From contig JAQOWU010000008.1 in assembly GCA_030867685.1 (NCBI GenBank), forward strand, positions 620,001 through 684,000: 64,000 nt of DNA, written 5' to 3'. This stretch comes from Wickerhamiella versatilis (taxonomy: Eukaryota). Numbering within the stretch: position 1 is the stretch's first letter; each line of letters opens with the position of its first letter. A model generated the notes under the pieces. The model ran no database searches, was not told where the DNA came from, and saw nothing but the letters and a program-made list of their open reading frames with translations. The position numbers and the translations under genes were made by a program. Positions 59,273 through 64,000 of this stretch are shown here, piece after piece.

Positions 59273-59944
59273 TTAATTTTCCTGATAGTCCTCGGGCAAG
59301 AACAACAAGCGCTCTGGCTCCTTCTCTGTCAAAACAACCATTCTGATGACACCGCCACTAGATCCGTCCCAGCGGATTGCTTGCGTGAGCGCCTGCTTGA
59401 CAAACTTAACAGCCTCTTCACGTTCCATATTGGGCTTCCAGGTCTTGTTACACAACCCGTATATGTATGTAGACCCACTGCCGGCTATGGCATAGTCCTG
59501 CTTGTGCATACTGCCGCCAATGGGGATAGAGTAGACATCACCGGACTGCGTCTGCGGGTCATAGCCTGCAACAATAATTCCAGCAGTGAGCATATTTTTA
59601 TTTTGATAGCATAATTTCCGAAACAATGAGGCGGCAACCCTCGGTGTAGGTTCCTGCTCAAACCCGATATTATAGTGCTCCAAGTACCAACGAACGTAGT
59701 CTGACACCGTCTGAGTATCTGCGGCTGACCCACTTCTACAGCAGAAAATGCGATCGTGGATCTGGGTGAGCTTATCCGTGATTCGATTCGCGACAAGAGC
59801 GCCCATCGATGTGCGGCTATCAGCGCCAAGAATGACGCCGTCCTTGAACTTTATAGCCATAATGGACGTTCCGAGATCCATCTCACCCTTCTTCAAGGGC
59901 CTTAGGTCGGCATACGGGGCTCTCTGAACTAAGTCCACCGCCAT
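59273..59944 (-). CDS. PRE3: 20S proteasome beta-1 subunit
   Basis: LG|TSIMA propeptide cleavage site, GADSRT, RSGSAADTQ, GSGSTYIYG, DGSSGGVIR. Confidence 0.97.
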   Translation of the reverse strand: MAVDLVQRAPYADLRPLKKGEMDLGTSIMAIKFKDGVILGADSRTSMGALVANRITDKLTQIHDRIFCCRSGSAADTQTVSDYVRWYLEHYNIGFEQEPTPRVAASLFRKLCYQNKNMLTAGIIVAGYDPQTQSGDVYSIPIGGSMHKQDYAIAGSGSTYIYGLCNKTWKPNMEREEAVKFVKQALTQAIRWDGSSGGVIRMVVLTEKEPERLLFLPEDYQEN

Positions 59945-60034
59945 AGGTTAAGTAACTGTACTGGCTGCTGACTATTCCTGGTCGCCACCTAAGTTGTTAC
60001 TCAAATTCAAGCTAAGAATTAGGTCCATATATAT

Positions 60035-60904
60035 TTACGAGCTGTATTTTGTAATTATGCTATCGAAGAGTTCAGATTTCGCTTTGACATCAGCGACGGC
60101 CGAGCTGGCAATCCCTTGCTCCTCCAATTTCTTTGTGTACTCAGTAATCTCCGAGTCCGTGCCTTGGATGATAGTCGCAGCTAGAGCTGTGGCCAAAATA
60201 TCCTCAGAAACTGTGTCTAGCCCATTCATACTCTCCTTAATTGACTCCTTTGCCTCAGGGAATCTTAGCAGTTCCAACTGGGAAATAGCCTCTCCTAAAT
60301 GAGACCTTGCAGTTGGTATTTGTGACGCGTTCTCCTCAAAAATATAATATGCTTTTTGAGCCTGGTTCTCGTCGACATTTCTGAGGCAAGTCCAGGCCTC
60401 CACAAGATTGAAAGATACATGGTCCTGCGACCATTTTCGTGCGCCCTCTACCAGCGAGCGCGCGTCCTCAACGTTATTTCGGGAAAGATATAAGTACCCA
60501 CGAAGCAAGAGCGCGTCGAAGTCTTGCGGAAACTCCTCCAGTAGACTGAGGGCCTCAGAATACCGGTCAGACCTAGCAAGTATCAGAGATACAATATGAC
60601 CAACAACTGCTGGTTCTGGTGAAGGCTCTGATGTTAACGCCAGCGCCTCCTCAACTGCGTCCTGCTTTCCGAGAACTTGCTCAGCATAAATTTTAAATAC
60701 AGGAGCACTGGGCTCAGAGGAGGCAGCAGCCTCGGTAGCCACATCGCTCGCCTTGCCAGTTTGAATCTTGGCTCGCCACACTAACTGTTGGACTCGACTG
60801 GCCTCTTCCCCTTTGAAATCAGCTGCGAGTACATTATTGGCAACTGCCGCATAGTCTCCAGTATAGAACCTCTGCTCAACACTCCTTAGGTCGGCAGTAC
60901 TCAT
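60035..60904 (-). CDS. SEC28: Coatomer epsilon subunit
   Basis: FYTGDY, TPR-like helices, LVEAW, AYYIFEE, RFPEA, C-terminal KSELFD....Y. Confidence 0.82.
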   Translation of the reverse strand: MSTADLRSVEQRFYTGDYAAVANNVLAADFKGEEASRVQQLVWRAKIQTGKASDVATEAAASSEPSAPVFKIYAEQVLGKQDAVEEALALTSEPSPEPAVVGHIVSLILARSDRYSEALSLLEEFPQDFDALLLRGYLYLSRNNVEDARSLVEGARKWSQDHVSFNLVEAWTCLRNVDENQAQKAYYIFEENASQIPTARSHLGEAISQLELLRFPEAKESIKESMNGLDTVSEDILATALAATIIQGTDSEITEYTKKLEEQGIASSAVADVKAKSELFDSIITKYSS

Positions 60905-61048
60905 GCACACAACGTGTTCGTGTTACTAAGCAGTGCAGCAGGTTAGACTAGTCAATTCGCCTAAATGCTAAAGCCGGTAAACGCAGTATATCCGATTTTG
61001 AGTACACTGCCCCTTCCTAGGAGTAGGCAAAAAAAAGTAATCCAAAAA

Positions 61049-61136
61049 TGATCCGACCGAGGATTGAACTCGGAACCTTGACGGGACTAATAGTCGCAAT
61101 GTAAACGTCACGTGATAACCATTACACCATCGGACC
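61049..61136 (-). tRNA. tRNA-Val(UAC) with 15-nt intron (61085-61099)
   Basis: Acceptor GGTCCGA/TCGGATC, anticodon stem TGACG/CGTCA, loop TT-TAC-A^C with intron at 37/38, T arm CCGAG TTCAATC CTCGG, oligo-T terminator. Confidence 0.92.
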
Positions 61137-61365
61137 TTAGATGTGCTATCTAATGTCAAAAGAAATTATATGTGCTTATTCTGCACAGTTATTCCTGAAT
61201 GCGCCATGGCAATATAAGGGTGCTTTAGCTAACACGAAGTGTATAACTTGCACCAAAGCTTAAAAAATTGTAACTCCCTGAAATCAAATCAGAACGGTAT
61301 GCTAGGTCTACATGCATTCCCAGTTTCTTTCGCCAATTCAAAAAAAGGACAGAGGAAAAAAAATG

Positions 61366-61437
61366 CTCAGCGACCGGGAATCGAACCCGGATCCCCCGCG
61401 TGACAGGCGGAAATTCTTACCGTTAAACTATCGCTGA
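61366..61437 (-). tRNA. tRNA-Asp(GUC)
   Basis: 72 nt; TCAGCGA/TCGCTGA acceptor, CT-GTC-AC loop, GGTTCGATTCC, T-run terminator. Confidence 0.96.
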
Positions 61438-61511
61438 CTGTACCTGTTAATTTATGTCAGGAAGCATCCATCTCCCCTCTCGTTTGTCTTTTCAAGAAGT
61501 GGAAAAAAATG

Positions 61512-61583
61512 CTCAGCGACCGGGAATCGAACCCGGATCCCCCGCGTGACAGGCGGAAATTCTTACCGTTAAACTATCGCTGA
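61512..61583 (-). tRNA. tRNA-Asp(GUC), identical tandem copy
   Basis: Identical to 61366-61437, offset by 146 bp. Confidence 0.96.
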
Positions 61584-62139
61584 CTGCTGCTTGACTTCTG
61601 AGGATCCATTAAATATATATTGCTAACATTATAATTTTTCGCAGGTTCATCGTGAACTTTCACAATGAGACATATATTTAGCCCAGAAGATACTATTTCA
61701 TTATTATTAAGGAACAAATCCGTAAAAGAATAGTTAGCTTGTTGACAAAGAATATTGTGTACCTTAAATTGATAATACAATCCTGAGACTAATATCCTAA
61801 ATAACGTTGTTCACAAATGTGAATCATAACAATATAATGACTTTTTTCTGTGCGCAGTTAATTAACTCAAGCTATATATCAAGAATAAAACCCTCTTTGA
61901 ACTATTAGACATTTCCTAAAAAGGAGAGAAAGAGAAAGAGCGCACTTCGTCTTCTACGATTTACTTAATCAAAGCAGTTGCAATAAACCAAAGCTCGACG
62001 TGGAAAAAGATACCTAGCAAACAGTTTTTGCATGTTGCTATAGAGAGATCTCGTCATAAGATTAACTGATTCGCAACTACTTTGGAATATAATTTTCTAG
62101 TTACCTGCCCTGTCAGGACCTATACTTCGTTGATGCTTT

Positions 62140-62550
62140 TTAAACCACGACGCCAGCACTGGACGCGATACGTGGCCAGAGATCAGCACACTCCTTAGCC
62201 ACAGGTCCAGTAATGGCTGAGCCCTTCATCTCACCCTTAGGGTTGGCAATGACACCTGCGTTGTCCTCAAAGTACAGGAAAGTACCGTCCTTCCGGCGCC
62301 AAGGCTTGGCTTGACGGACAATAATGGCAGGCATGACCTTCTTACGGAGCTCAGGCTTACCCTTCTTGACAGTAGCCATAACCATATCACCAACACCAGC
62401 AGCTGGCAGACGGTTCAAACGGGCACCTGCACCCTTGACCGAGATAATATAAAGGTTACGAGCACCACTGTTATCGGCGCACTGCATAACTGCACCAACT
62501 GGAAGACCCAGCGACACCCGGAACTTTGATCCAGCCTGGACTTTACTCAT
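62140..62550 (-). CDS. RPL23: 60S ribosomal protein uL14 (L23), intronless
   Basis: [44 protein letters not shown]. Confidence 0.98.
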   Translation of the reverse strand: MSKVQAGSKFRVSLGLPVGAVMQCADNSGARNLYIISVKGAGARLNRLPAAGVGDMVMATVKKGKPELRKKVMPAIIVRQAKPWRRKDGTFLYFEDNAGVIANPKGEMKGSAITGPVAKECADLWPRIASSAGVVV

Positions 62551-63152
62551 TGTCGTTCAGTGAATCTGTGCGACTCCGGATTAGTGGATCAGTAGATGAG
62601 TGGTCTAGTGCCCTGAGCCCTAACAACATTACTAATACAAATTGATGCTTGATGCTCTATCCAAGTTTTGGCTGCGTTCAAGACAGCATTTTATTATATA
62701 TATATTTTAATTATTAGCATTAATTTGTGAAATAAGTCAAAGTATCCTCCATGTTACTTTGCCACTTGCTTAACTCGTGCCATCCAATTCAGAATAGCTC
62801 TTGCTTCTGATTCAAAATAGATTTAGAACGACTAAACTACGTGTAATTTATACGCATTTATAATTGTAATTCCATACGCCACAAATTCCCTAAGCTCATG
62901 TCGCATGGAAGTAAAAAAAGGCTAAGGTCGATGACTCTGCGATCAAATATCATGAGACCAATTAGGGGAATCACCTACGAACGAAGATTAGAGGACCTTC
63001 GAGAATAAGGGATTTCCATGATTCAGAAGTTTGTGGTGTATTGAGATCCATATATCAGCAGCAGCAGCAGTAGCCATACTCCATAAGAAGTCCTCACCGC
63101 CACCGCTGCTAGTCCTTGTTGACCGAGCTCTGATTGAGGAATTCACGGAAAC

Positions 63153-63383
63153 TTAATGATGGTGGTCATTCTTATCTGCTTTCATGTACTCATACACATT
63201 GAAGAGCGCAAATGCGACGACTGCGGTACCGAAACCGGGTAGGGCCCCGCGAAACCGACTTGCGCGCGTGAATGGACCTTGGTAGCGCCAAGCTTCTCTG
63301 CAGTTAGAATTGCTGTTTCGTCAAATGGAGGAAATTGTGTTTACTTACTGTTTAGCCCACGGATCTTTGATGGAGGCTGGCAT
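63153..63383 (-). CDS. NADH:ubiquinone oxidoreductase B12 subunit (NDUFB3); exons 63383-63349 and 63297-63153
   Basis: Spliced product MPASIKDPWAKQEAWRYQGPFTRASRFRGALPGFGTAVVAFALFNVYEYMKADKNDHHH (59 aa) has the DPW...EAWRY signature; 51-nt intron GTAAGT...CTAACTGCAG. Confidence 0.92.
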
Positions 63384-63507
63384 GTCCTAGTGACGTAATG
63401 TGTAATCCGGTACAAGCTAACTGGTCCAAATTACAACTTGGTCTGATAGGAAGCACATGATATTTTAGCCATGTAAATACTCTAAACTAAGATTGTGTAC
63501 AAAATTA

Positions 63508-64000
63508 TTACACTACCGAGTCGTCATAATCATCATCATCGTCATCTTTGTTTCCTGGATGGATTTTAAGATATGAATAGACTGCTATTGATGATCCCAC
63601 TATCATTCCAAGCAATACATCATACCAATGATGTCTAAAGTCCTCCAGGCGTGTGAGCGATATGTATAAAGCAAGCAGAAGCGGAGAAATACTTAGACAG
63701 GTCCAATATAACGCGGTGTCCCTTGCATACGTCCGAAATTGGCCTGAAATCCATAACGTCAGATATAGTAAGCCACAGAATGCAACAGAAGAATGGCCAG
63801 AAGGGGTACTGCGGAAACCTTCCTCTAACCGCCCAACATTGGTGGTAGTACAAACATCTGTGTTAACATAGCCGGAAGAGCTAGTTCCTTGTCGTGGAAT
63901 ACAACGGGCGAGGAAGTCTGGCCTCGGATTTCCAATCATAAACTTCATAATATCGGTAACGAACAGATTGAGCAGTGAAGCGAATGTAAAGCCTAACAGA
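63508..64000 (-). CDS. Lipid phosphate phosphatase (Dpp1/Lpp1 PAP2 family), 5' part outside the window
   Basis: K....GNPRPDF (C1), PSGHSS (C2), TRLEDFRHH..DV (C3). Confidence 0.9.
   Translation of the reverse strand, partial: LLGFTFASLLNLFVTDIMKFMIGNPRPDFLARCIPRQGTSSSGYVNTDVCTTTNVGRLEEGFRSTPSGHSSVAFCGLLYLTLWISGQFRTYARDTALYWTCLSISPLLLALYISLTRLEDFRHHWYDVLLGMIVGSSIAVYSYLKIHPGNKDDDDDDYDDSVV

Noticed and set aside
60968-61159. 63-aa ORF over the tRNA-Val gene
   Set aside because: Spurious; the sequence is fully explained by the tRNA.
1-64000. Transposons, CRISPR arrays, bacterial operon-like HGT blocks
   Set aside because: No LTR/TIR, transposase/RT or spacer arrays seen; all recognisable genes are typical eukaryotic yeast orthologues.

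Overview
Gene-dense, nearly intron-free segment of a budding-yeast (Saccharomycotina) chromosome. By inference it comes from a compact-genome, complex I-retaining lineage: tiny intergenic spacers, shortened proteins and Yarrowia-like introns with the branch point next to the 3' splice site fit a Wickerhamiella/Starmerella-type yeast. I can support about 40 protein-coding genes, including TYW1, ALG2, SGF73, COX19, GCN1, SAM synthetase, BBC1, GCN2, MRE11, UTR4, RAD7, SPC98, SUR2, 14-3-3, CAR2, GDE1, YPT31, YIH1, DNM1, RTT109, PRE3, SEC28 and RPL23. One of them is a two-exon complex I B12 subunit gene that the ORF track missed. There are three tRNA genes (intron-containing Val-UAC and two tandem Asp-GUC). 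A box C/D snoRNA (snR52/U83-type, predicted to guide 18S Am420) fills almost the whole of a 97-nt spliceosomal-type intron downstream of GCN1. Most interesting leads: (1) that minimal snoRNA-intron, whose terminal stem uses the branch-point sequence; (2) an orphan basic protein with a mitochondrial-type N-terminus whose C-terminal half resembles bacterial RNase P protein RnpA; (3) GCN1, GCN2 and YIH1 lying together, with GCN2 apparently lacking the HisRS motif-2 Arg used for tRNA sensing; (4) two or three further structured intergenic ncRNA candidates; (5) the DNM1-RTT109-PRE3 block, which is centromere-adjacent in Saccharomyces. No transposons or CRISPR arrays were seen. All gene names come from recognised motifs and remembered homologues, not from a database search.
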